DNA from: Lingula anatina
Taxonomy: Eukaryota; Animalia; Brachiopoda
Assembly: GCA_051362555.1 (NCBI GenBank)
Contig: CM120648.1
Span: 597,721 to 661,720, forward strand
DNA length: 64,000 nucleotides
Reading direction: 5' to 3'
Part shown: positions 37,893-50,062 of the stretch, one piece after another
Numbering within the stretch: the stretch's first letter is position 1
Layout: each line of letters begins with the position of its first letter
Position numbers and translations under genes: made by a program
Notes under the pieces: model-generated
Databases searched by the model: none
Seen by the model: only the letters and a program-made list of their open reading frames with translations
Told to the model about the DNA's origin: nothing

Positions 37893-40800
37893 CTAATTTA
37901 TAATTATACCTATAATGTGCCACTGACGGTATAAGAATGAAGAGACAGGGTATACATTTGAAAATGTCCAACCAAAATATTTTGCACTCATGTTCACTCT
38001 AAAAGTGAATTTTGTTTATTTTACTAAGGAGCTCTGAGGTTTGCATTTGTTACCAGGGATGACTCTCAACCCAACCAGCAGTACAGATGTTCTGCGTATA
38101 ACTCGTTTCTGAAATTATCCGTTTTTGGAAGTCCAGTTAAACTTTCTGTTGACACTAGTAAGTCTGAGTTATATCTTAATGCTCAATGCAAAGGAGGTTC
38201 AAATTAAGTGTTGATGGTTTTGGAATAGAAGTAGATTTCTTGTTTCTTTGAGGTTGCATTCTCAATACAACTGAGTTGATCCACGAACTAATAGATCCGC
38301 GGATCATATATGTCCGACCCACTTTAATACTTGTATTATAATATCAGTGGAAATTCTATTCAGTATTCTTAGGGGATTAAACAACCAAATTTTAAGTTCG
38401 TCGCCATATTTGATGCGCAGATCAGTTGGTCCGCTATTCTAAATGCAGCCTTAAATTATGGAATTTATTTGATTATAATCATATATAAACTTTATTTATA
38501 TTGTAATTTTTGTATTTATTTTTCATTTTACTGGATGAGTAAAACCGTTAGTTTTTCCGATACATTTGTTTTAAACCAATTCGTTCATTCTGTGTATTTT
38601 AATGAGATCTTAATGTAGTGGTCCATATTATTATTCATCTTAATCATTGTCTTCATAATTACATATCAGCCAATCCACTGACCGTCAATGCCCCAAAGCT
38701 GATGTACAAAACTGCACCAGTGCTGTCATTAGGATCATCTGTTGTCTTCTTGAAGGGACAAAACAGAACTCTGAGCTGTATTTTTGCTGGAAAGTAAGTA
38801 AAAAGATGCTGTGCATTACAGTAAAAAGACCCGATTTTAGAAAACATGGAGGGGTCAATTAACTTTACTATAATAAAGGGCATTGAGTAGCTTGGCACTT
38901 GGGCCATTTTTATAGTCACATTTAGGATGAAGAAAACCAAGATAGGCAATTCATATCTGCGCCCGTACTTGTATTATTTTTAGTGGTCTACTTGTTTATA
39001 CATATAAGAAAAGACAAAATACCAAGATCTACCCACCCAAAGGGAGCTCCCGTTTAACATCACTTGTTATTGGTGTGAAACAGGTACTTACACTGTTATA
39101 AAACAGGGGAGGTTTTTCTTTCAATAGTTTTACGCCAACGACTTGAACTTTTCAATGGGGAAATCTATCAATCTCTTAGATACATAATTTGAGAATCAGT
39201 CAAATTTCGCTTCTCAATTATTATGTTCTAATTTTCATTTTTCCTTATTACACAGATCGAGTCTTTACCGTACTGCCAGTTTATATTGTATCGAATTAGA
39301 CATAGATGTTGGTCTTAAAGATTAGGCTAGTTTTTGGGCTATAAATGCTGGGAAACATGACATGACTCTCGTCACTGACTACATTAGATTCTTAGACCAG
39401 GACCAGTTGGTAAAAACGTTCTGGAGCAGGAGGTTGAAATGCCTGTTTATTTTCAGACCTGTCCCCACCATTCGCTGGTACAAATTGGATGCCAATGGCA
39501 AGCTAATGACCCCAGATGGAATTGTAGACAAAACCCAAAATCTGGCCATTCAAGTTGTGACCTTTGACCACGAGGGCACTTATCGCTGCACTGGGTCCAA
39601 TCCGGGTGGTTCTCAGAGTGCCGAAATTCAAGTTGTTGTGGAAGGTGAGGCGATTTTATTTACATGTCTTTTCTCTTTCTTGTTTCCCGTTCTCTAGCCC
39701 CTCCTCTCACTTTCTCTCAAGCATAATAACGGGAACAGTATCACTGACATGCTGGTTTCATCTTGTCTTGCCTAGCTGCCCCCTTTTGGACAAAAACTGG
39801 GAGACCTAAGGACACCAATGTAACAGCTGGGGATGACTTCACCTTTGAATGTGGCACAGAGGGGATTCCAGCTCCTGACAAACCCAAGTTTTATTCCAAT
39901 GGTGTGGAATTAGGTAAGGTTTGTCATCACTTCAGGGGTTACCATGAGCCTGTGGAGCTTTGCAGCTGACAGGGAAAGAGTTATTACCTTACACTTGCAC
40001 ACATACACGTCTCCATCGACAAAGAGAGACGCTTCATATGCCCTTTCTGCAGGGCAGAAACCACCAAATAATTTCCAATTGACGACCATACTAAGAAATG
40101 CCTGCAAAACTGCATGAACAAAATTACTGGGTGAAACATTTCCCATCCCGTGGACAGCAGACACACTTACATAACTCCCAATGGCCAAAAAATATACTGT
40201 CGTCAGACATTATTTCTTACCGGCATCACTTGAACATGTGCACCCCTCTGTTTGTAAACAAACCACTGCACCACTCACAGTCAGTAGCCCCCTCCGCCAG
40301 AGGTCTCACGACTGCACGGCACCTGTGCCTGGTAGGCCTACTGAAAAAAAAATGGCAGTAGTTTACACCCTGGCCTGCCAGTTGATACCAAAATTAACCC
40401 TAGCAACATACAAGAAATGCCAGGAAAAAAACACTTATTTTCTCTCACTGAACTATATACGTCTATAACAGTCGGTGATTCATTGGCTGATTTAATGGTT
40501 TCTGCCCTGCATAGAAGCTCAACGGCGTGTGACGCATTTCAAATGTCTCAGCATAGAAGAGTTTACACGTTGATGGCATAAGTATGATATTCGATGCCGA
40601 TGATTAAAAAGACGTTTTTAATCAGTTTTCCATATAAAAAAAATTGAAACGTCGCAGAATGTAAACGGCAGTTCAAAACGCTCCCGCCTGTATGGGACAC
40701 ATGTTACGATAATTTGCGCAGCATCAGAGGAGATAGCGAAAAGAAAGCTTCGCCTGTTAAACAATATAATCATACCTATAGAAGATTATAAAAGAGACTG

Positions 40801-43800
40801 TCAATGTAACAGTGACGTAAAAATTCCAGAGGTATTAATTTTTATATGGTAAAGCTTAGAAACAGCTTAAATTTGACTTTGGACTCCCCTCAATTTGTGT
40901 CAATTGCCCCCACCCCCCTCCCCACACACACACACACCACCACCACCACCACCAGTGGTACCGTTAGTAAGACTTTCACAATCTATAGAATTTAACAGTT
41001 ACAAAAAGAAAATACAATATCTAAGTTAACCCAACATTGGTAAAAAAAATACTAAACATTTATATTACCTCAGAGGTATAACATTCTGTTCCTTTATCAA
41101 AAGTCAAAGGAATATGGTCACATGAAATTGAGGTGAATCCTCACCGGTATAAACACGTTCGGTCTCTGAGGCTCTGAGGAAACAAAATGCTTTTTCAGCC
41201 TCAATTAGCAAGTGTAATAATTTCGCAATGACCTATTCCATGTTTAATTTGAAAGATCTCAGTCAGCCCAGGATACTGTATGATGAGCAGGAGCCGACCA
41301 AGTTTACTCTGAAGAACGTCAGCAAAGCTGATCTACAGGTGTTCCAGTGTAACGTTAGCAACAAGCACGACTACCTCTACGCCAGCGTTTACCTGAACGT
41401 TTTATGTAAGTTGAAATGTCCTCTCTTACTCTTAAATGTCTTATCTGGGGCTATGGTTTCACATCCCAGTTAAGAAAGACTATTACCTTATATAACTGTA
41501 TTGCTTAACTGCTACTGGACCAAAATCAGGCAAGTAGTAATCTAGGAGATGCTACAAACAGGTTATTTGTCATGTTGCAAAAGTTCGATTACGTGCTCTA
41601 GCGAATGCGCGCATGCATGCATACACATCTCGCTTACTAGAATCCCTGTAAGGCCTATTCCCGTTTGCTCCATCATAAGATTCAAAATGTCATATTCAAT
41701 TTGATAATATTTATTGTAGCTGAATTTCTTGTTACAGTTGGTGTCTTGCTGATGTCTTCTCATTTGTTTTTAATCAAAATTTTTCTAGTGAGGACTCAGT
41801 TGCTGGTGGAACCTGAACAGAATGTTTCCTATGAAGAAGACAATAAGCCAACCAACGTTAGGTTCAACTGTTCGGCCATAGGTGACCCGATGACGCCGCT
41901 GACCTTCACCTGGATGTACAAGTAAGCCTCAAATCAGAGAATAACGTTAGTAACGTGATCTTGAAATACAATTACTAATCTCTGTCATTTAAACACCCTT
42001 AATATTGAACGTGTGTGTGTGTGTGTGTGTACACACTGACTGTGCACTGCTACTTCCTGCAGTACGCCAGAAACTGACAAATGGATGCCTCTCCCCGCGG
42101 GGGGTCCGTACACCTTCATCATGGACAATGAACATGCAGTGGACTTGGACATAAGTCTGGAGAAGGGGTCAGTCCATGTCCAGTACAAATGTGTGGTGGA
42201 AAACGGCTATATGCCAGCGGAGGTGTTGGCCACTTTGTGGAATGAGAATGCAGGTAGGAAGACAGGAAATTTGACTTGAATTTCTTTTTAATTCGCTGAT
42301 TTTTAAAAATCCATTTATTCATATTTTAATTTAGATTAAGGATCAATTTAATAAATTTTTTATATTAAAATATATGCATGCTTTACTGGCAGTCATTCAC
42401 ATATATATTTTTATGACATTATTTTCAGTTTATTTTTAAAAACGCAATAACCCCTGCAGTGACCATGAGACACATGACAAACCAATTTATGTTTCCCTCT
42501 TCAGCCATGTCATAATCTTTGATGAAAATTTGTTTTGTGATCCTGTCGTCACCATAACCCAGCCAATTGCATATGAAGCATAGCTCGTAAAATATACACG
42601 TACTGTATATAGTTTGCAGTGAATCGCATTGATTTTTATGCTATTTTACGTACAAAAGTTGGTAGCCATCTTGGGTTATGAAAAATGCTCAGTGTTCCGG
42701 AGGTTAGTAAAGCCAAGCTTAGTTGACTTTTCTAACGCAAAACAATTCTTTTTCAAAAAAAAAAAAAAAAAACTTACAGAAAATAACAGAGTGTTGTTCA
42801 GATATGGGACCGATGGAAGTGACAACTGAACTATTCGGAGGGCTTACGCCCTCACTTAACATAAGTTGAATGTTTAACAAGCGGATATTTGTAGTTTAGT
42901 GTTATGGCTAACGAAAAATCACAATGAACAAAATATTAAATAAGATACCGTTAATTGCCAGTAGACTGATAATACCAGAAATATGCCGATTTCGTTATTT
43001 CATCTTCTGCTGTATGTTTTGATGGTCATTTTGTTTTATTTTTTGTAACAGTAACGTGCTAGTATACATCCACGTACCGTATTCCCGACAACAAAATACA
43101 TGCTGACAGTTTAACGGATAGATACTGCTAGGTAAATATTTACATCTGCTCATATGTTATAACTCTCTATAGGGCCTACCAGTATATCCATTGATCCATT
43201 TTTACCTGTATGGACATTGGTGGCTGCTGTTGCTACAACACTTGCACTTTCACTTCTTTCTTCTGTGGTCATCGCTGTAATCGTCAGAAGAAAGAGACGT
43301 CAACGTTATGCAGGTATATTGTTTGAATTACTCGGGCTTTTCATTTGAAATAAAAATGCCATATGTATTGCATTTGAACTATTAAAACAAGCCAAACATA
43401 TTATTTTGTTTTGATTTGATTCAATTTCACTTTTTATTATTTAAATTAAATTAATTTGTTAAACCGTAATAACTCTATATTTATGAATATTTAGATATTG
43501 TCCATTAACACAATGTCTTATTCTTACCCTTCAGAAGGCCATGCGTAAAATAATATAAATGCTATTTCTTATAATCGCGTATTTCACTGTTGAACATTGT
43601 TCAGAGAGTTTCGACATACATGTATATTGTAATGGCACAAAATATTTGACATTTCACATTTAAAGTACATATGACAAACTAAATGATGATGACGTGATAT
43701 TTCAGATGATGCTCCTGAAATGAATGAAGAATTGATGCAGGTAGTTGATATTCGTATTTAAAAATAGTAACACTGACCAATCTCAATTGCAAAACACATA

Positions 43801-46800
43801 CGCATTTTAGTTTATTGGAAATCTTTTAAGGTGTTTTGAATATGGAGTGTATAGACAAATCTGGGTGCAAAACTTGCCTCTTTGTCCTTACAGACGCCAC
43901 CTGCCGGAGTAGGGTCATACGAAATACCTCTGCAGATGAATAATGGAACTTCATTGTCCAGATCGTTACACGGAAAAAATGAAGTGGTAAGGCATCTTTT
44001 ATAACAATTTTATAAGTTGATAAACTGAAACCTTTTTCACGGCGAGGAATTGATTTTAAAATATTAAAAAAAATTAATTAAATAAGTACTCTTTAGTTAC
44101 TAAAATAAATGAAGAATGGACGAAGTTTGTTGAGATTTGTGTTTAGTTGCAATAACGGATCTAAAAAAACATACGCATGTTATAGTTTATTGGAAAAGAT
44201 TCAAGTTATTTTAAATATAGGGTGAATCAGCAGATACCGACAAAACTTGCTTCTTTGTCCTTACAGACGCCACCTGCCGGAGTAGGGTCATACGAAATAC
44301 CTCTGCAGATGAATAATGGCACTTCATTGTCCAGATCGTTACACGGAGAAAATGAAGTGGTAAGGCATGCCGTATAAAAAATTATTAGCTGACAAACTGA
44401 AAGCTTTTTCAAAGCGAGGAATTAATTGGTTTTTTAAATTTAAAACTACTCAATATATATTTGGAAGGCCGATGATGTTCCGATGTACCTAGAAGTTCCA
44501 ACGCTTAACACGGAGATTCCCAGGACACATGTTAGGGTCCATGCAGAGATAGGCAGTGGATCCTTTGGACAGGTTTATATGGGAGAAATATATAATCAGA
44601 ATGGCCAAGGAGAGTGGACAGCAGCTGCAGTGAAGACAGTCAGAGGTACATTATTTTATTTTTTCTAACATCTTAATAAAGTATCGTATATATAAACAAG
44701 ATGGCGATTTAGGATGTTCTCTATAAGCAATTACGAGTCACGTAAGATGTTGTGGTGTATATTTGTGTTCTGTGCATCATGGGGAAATGATACAGTAAAA
44801 GTAGAGAGATTGATATTGTGAATAAGTTAGGGGATGATTATACATGTAAGCATAAAGTATAAGTGTTATATAGAATGTACTGTTATAAGATGAAATAGCG
44901 CATATATATTGCATATACACTGTAGTATAAAAATAATTGCATGGAGTTATAAAGATAAGAGAGAAACACCATCTTAATATATTTGATAAATAATGTATAG
45001 TTATCGAATTCGGATGCGAATAATGTGTTGTCTTGCTAAATTTAGAAAAATGATCCGAGGTAGATAAAGCATCGCATTCTGTGCTAATTAAAGAATAACA
45101 CGTTTTACAAGATTCACTTGTGTGAATTCTTTTAGATCCTCATGATTCAGCCCTTGTCAAAGATCTCAAAGATGAACTAAAAGTGATGCAAATACTTCGT
45201 CCTCATCCAAATGTAGTCACTCTATTTGCGTCTTGCACGCGTGATGGAGGTAGGCTGTACAGTTATCTCTTTACTTTTAAGCGACATATAAATCTTTCCG
45301 TTATTGTGAAAACTTCTAATATTAAATCTTCATGTAAGGACAAGTTAAAAGTGCTGGAGTGTAAATAATATTGTGATTTTTTAAAAACATTTGTGTTTGA
45401 TATTCGTAGTGTGTTTATAAACATGCCGCATAATTACTATACACAATAGGATTTGATTTATTATTAAGGTGTACCAATGATTATCTTGGAATACCTTCCA
45501 AACGGAAATCTGCAAACTTCCCTACGAAATGACCGTGCTCGAAATAAGGCAGTGTATAACAACTTATATGGCGCCAGTGCTTCCTTAACGTCACGAGATC
45601 TGATGAAGTACGCTGTCGACGTGGCAAATGGGATGGCGTTTCTTTCTTCAATGTCCGTTAGTATACGCTTTTAAAATTTAGTATATACCTTTAGTATTCC
45701 GATGAAATTGGTGTTTGGTTTGTATTTACCGTAATGTTTGCACACTGTCCTAACAACACAGGGGCTTTTGATTTCTTATCCCGTTTATTAGACCCTCGCC
45801 AGAAATGGTAGTCCGCTAGGAACACAGTACATTCAGTTCCATATATATCACAAATAGTAAACATGATACTTACTGTTTATCCCAACCTGTAGTACCTGTA
45901 ATTATATAGAACTCCTTTCATTCGTCTGCCAATTAACTTGCCTCAAGGCTGTAGATTAGCTACCGCTAACTTTAGAAATTTATACATCTTTCCTTATTTT
46001 TATCTGTTAATTAATTATTCTCAGATTCTGCACAGAGATCTTGCTGCAAGAAATGTTTTATTATCTGACGACAAAAGATGCAAGGTTTCTGACTTTGGTT
46101 TTGCTAGGGACGTGATTGAAAGCCACCAGTATGAAATGAAGTCACAGGTATTATATACTACTGCTGGTAACAGATAAAACATCACAAACGTCTCTTTTCC
46201 TTTTGGAAGAAAAACATACTTTGGTAAAAGATAAGTGAATAAGTGAATAACCACTTCATACTAAAGTTCCACTTTGGTAGAGAATAGATATCAAAAGCTC
46301 AAAACGTGTAGCAAAAGAGCTTTTGACCTCTAATAACTTGGTTACAGAATCGAAACTTGTTTTTATGTCATGTGAATTTGATATGAAAATGGTAAAATAT
46401 GTAGACCTTGTTAAATTATTCTGACCATTCTAAATTCTTTCTAGGGTCGTGTTCCAGTACGATGGATGTCTCCTGAAGCTCTAAATGACCAAATATTTAC
46501 CTCCCAGTCTGATGTCTGGGCGTATGGTGTCTTGTTATGGGAGATTGTCACATTGGGTAAGGCCCTATATGTTGAATAAATACTAATGTTTTTGTGCAGT
46601 ATAATGGGAATCATCCAAGATTGTCCAAAGTCTCGTGTATGGTGATTTCTTGTGGGAGATTGCGACAATGGTTAGGGTCTTATATATGAAGTGAATACTA
46701 GAGGTTATGAAGTATTTGGAGGGAAGTGGGAGAGAGATAATGACAGGCTAACAAGTGCGGTGATTTTCAAGCTTACAACATATTTCTACGGATATTTTTC

Positions 46801-47665
46801 TGGCCGTTGTCTCTTAACATTTTATGGAATTCTATTTTAAGGAAGTCTATTGCACTTTAATACAAATTTATGTTTTGCGTCTCTCTTTTGTGTTGCTTAC
46901 TAAGTCGGCATTCCTGCCGTTTAGAGTTTCAGCGTTATCGCTAAAATGATAACGTCACCTCCCGCGGATTCTCGCGGATTCTCTCACTTTTCTAGTCTCG
47001 TATGACGCGACGCATTGCCTCCAACTTCGTTTATTTTTTGTATCTTTTGTGTTCCCCTTTGCAAATAATATTCTTAGAACTTCTTATATTTAGGCTGTAT
47101 TCCTTACCCTGGTATGTCAGCTGAGCAAGTGATGAGAAAGATAACCAACGGATACCGGATGCCAAGACCACAACATTGTTCACAGGACATGTAAGAATAT
47201 GTGGCAAAATAGTTTGAAAGGATTTCAACATTAATCAACCAAGAAGAATAAAATTCATGAAAATGTAGGATTCAAAACCATTTGGTGTTTGTTTATCAAC
47301 ATTATGCGCCATTTGTTCGTTTATCAATAATACACGCAATAAAAATATGGCGAACGCTTCTGTTTGAAAAATGCATTCTTTGTATCTATAACTGCGTACC
47401 ACTTTATAATTTTTTCTGCAATCACTCTGATAACGGTTACATATGTATGCCAATTTGGAAATATAAGTCGTGGGTTCGTATTTTCAGGTATGGTATCATG
47501 CTGTCTTGTTGGGAGGGGGCACCGAACGCACGACCTTCTTTTAAGGATTTAACAAGTTCATTGAACGAATTACTGGTTGCAGATTACGATGTCTTGACCT
47601 TTGGAGAGTTTGAAGAAGCATTGTATGATAATGTGGACAAATGTGATGGTGACGAAAAGTGTTAA
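34200..47665 (+). CDS. RTK-3: receptor tyrosine kinase with five neuroglian/L1-like Ig domains and Cad96Ca/RET-like kinase
   Basis: Exons: 34200-34263; 35651-35768; 36755-36942; 37301-37513; 38029-38157; 38670-38793; 39457-39644; 39776-39913; 41256-41405; 41789-41921; 42063-42253; TM 43173-43313; juxtamembrane 43706-43740, 43894-43986, 44267-44359; kinase 44468-44645, 45136-45249, 45469-45656, 46025-46147, 46445-46556, 47094-47190, 47488-47665 (DEKC*). Confidence 0.92.
34295..34980. repeat. 49-bp intronic minisatellite (~13-14 copies, degenerating at the 3' end)
   Basis: Same unit as 17330-17880, in the homologous intron. Confidence 0.95.
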
Positions 47666-49252
47666 ATGCATTATCCATCAAGTAAGCGAATCCTTGAACA
47701 GAATCAGTTCCAAAAGTATGCTGAAAATCTGCGTTCACTATGCGTCGACCAAGACTTCATCTCGCCCTTCTTTCAGCATGCAACTGTCTACATGCCAAAA
47801 AGAGTTTAAAACTGAATTCATGTGACTATCAAAAGTTTATGGTCTGCGTAGGTTGTCGTTAAATGGATAATAACTCTTCGTATGAGATCTATATTTCACA
47901 ATAAAAACATTGTGAACAACTCATAAAAATATAATATATTCTGTTGTACAAGAAAAACGGCAGTTACAGCTATTATTCTGATATCCGAGCTTGTCTTTAG
48001 ACCATGTGACCTCCCTTGATGACAATACTGTGTTATAATCTCTTAAGAGATTATTTAAAAAAAACAATCTTTTTAGAAAAAAAAAACAGGGACTAACTTT
48101 GAATGTAAAAATGGATGTACTAACCTACGGGAAATTTGTTGTTTACTCCAGGAAAATTCAATTTTTGGCCAAAACGAAGAGTTATTATCCCTTTAACTTA
48201 GTTTTACCTTATTGAATTTAGTAAGATAAATGTTACCTTACAGAGTGCCGTATTAAGAGTAGAACCTTCTATCCCTCTCCTAGGAAAAAACTCATTGTTG
48301 TGTTTAATGGTACTTTTAGCCTAAGATCTAATATACTCTGTTTATTAGATCTTAGATTTAAGTAACCCTGTTCTTGTTCCAGTATGCAGGACTGTAAGAT
48401 TGCGATAGTTGCGACAGGAAGACGCACTGTGGTTGCACAAACGGACCAATTATTGGCTTTGTGCATATCAGTTTTCATCCGTATTCAGAGCGGTTTTGGT
48501 TGAAATAAGATGTTTTAATCATGCAGTATTAATCATGCAGTATTACTCAAGTAGAGAAAAGAGGGAAAGAACAAACATTCGACATAATTTGGGTATAAAT
48601 TTTAAAGATTGACATTGAGTCCATAGGCATACTCATCAGCTAGTTTAAAGAAAGTACAAAAACAAAGAAAGTGGTTAAAATGTCTGATATATTCCACTTT
48701 ATTATTTCAAAACGTATGGCATATTATCATTCAAACTGTTTGTAAGTACATGATTTTAGTGCATGATCTGTGGAAATCTAAAATTAAATAACTCAAATTT
48801 CTACATCAAATGGTTTAATGCTGTTCTTGTCTAGCGATGAGATAGCATGTTACAAGTACTGTTTCACTTAAATTTAGTTTTGAGTTTGAAATTAAGGAGC
48901 ACAGACTATTTATTAAACGTTATGGCATTTATGTACATGGCTTTGTGTTGATATATTTGCTTTATCTATCATTTCGTTTTTATTTATCAGTTTTCATACA
49001 CGAAAATGTCCTAAATTGTACATTCCTTCATTTTAAACAATATAGAATGGATCACTGGATTATGTACTGTGCTTTTTCTAAAATTCTACAACACGTGCTG
49101 TAGATTTTGATGGCGTTAGGATAATTGCGTGCAATCATTTTGTATACAATGGACTTCAACTGTACTCATTTTGTGCTGAACACCTTCATAATAAATCGAT
49201 TTTATCTACAGAAATATAAACCCATGTTATTACTGGTTGAAGTGTGATATCC

Positions 49253-50062
49253 TCAGTAACATGTGATGCTGTTCTTCAAGGGTGTGTATTCAAATGCAAT
49301 CAGCTTATTAGAATGAAGAATTCTGGATGTTTCGTTATTGAAACTTTGGATGGGTTCTGCAGCATCAACGGCATCAGGCCTGTCGTCTGCTTTTGCTTTC
49401 AGTGTCATTTCAACACGTCTCGACCGACGTGTAATTCTGGTGATCTTTGTGATCAGGATAATGAGTTCTGCTTCCGTCATTCGGTATGTTCGCACGAGCC
49501 TTGTTGTAGTGGCGACCGTAGTGAGATGTAACTTCCGGTTTCCGTTGGCCACTTTCCTTACTCCCTTCAGATAGTAATAGTGCCTAAAACGTCTCACCTT
49601 CTGAGGCAAACCATACTCTTGTGGGTTTATCAAAAGTCGGGATTCAGGATATAAATCTTTGATTTTTAAATTTGCTGCCTCAGTGTCTGAAAAATCGGCT
49701 TCAAATCGAAGACAACCAATATCTCCCATCAGTCCATTTCTCGGTAAATTTATGTCCAAGGGAATGAAATGTCCATCATCTGTCGCGCCGTTTCTTACTA
49801 ACTCTGTAGCAGGATTGTCACACGTGTCCTTTGGTACTAAATCTGTACACTGCCCTTGGCCATTCGCTGTCACACTGGGTTGAAGTAACAGAGTAACCTC
49901 AGGCGTGCTGCTTTGAGATTTTTCACCGTTTATATTTTTGCCATTTTTTACAGGGCCACTGCCATTCGTTATCATCCCCCGACTCTTTATTGTTGTTGGT
50001 GATTTAGTATAGAACCCAACGTAGGTATTAAGGATAGAAACCAATGAATATCGTCCACCCAT
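49253..50062 (-). CDS. Uncharacterised 269-aa protein, single coding exon
   Basis: An 810-bp non-repetitive ORF in AT-rich DNA with a good start context (AAAATGG). Upstream minus-strand acceptor at ~50166 (TTACAG), donor at ~50522 (AG|GTAAG), TATA-like element at ~50621-50628, and an AT-rich 3' region. No domain recognised. Confidence 0.65.
   Translation of the reverse strand: MGGRYSLVSILNTYVGFYTKSPTTIKSRGMITNGSGPVKNGKNINGEKSQSSTPEVTLLLQPSVTANGQGQCTDLVPKDTCDNPATELVRNGATDDGHFIPLDINLPRNGLMGDIGCLRFEADFSDTEAANLKIKDLYPESRLLINPQEYGLPQKVRRFRHYYYLKGVRKVANGNRKLHLTTVATTTRLVRTYRMTEAELIILITKITRITRRSRRVEMTLKAKADDRPDAVDAAEPIQSFNNETSRILHSNKLIAFEYTPLKNSITCY

Noticed and set aside
39960-40500. RTK-3-specific intronic segment with ORFs at 40098-40468
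   Set aside because: No recognisable motifs or consistent splice sites. Probably a decayed repeat fragment that cannot be classified by eye.
14300-47665. RTK-2 and RTK-3 as an assembly or haplotype duplication artefact
   Set aside because: Many substitutions, copy-specific transposons, different exon counts and mosaic affinity to RTK-1 indicate real paralogs.
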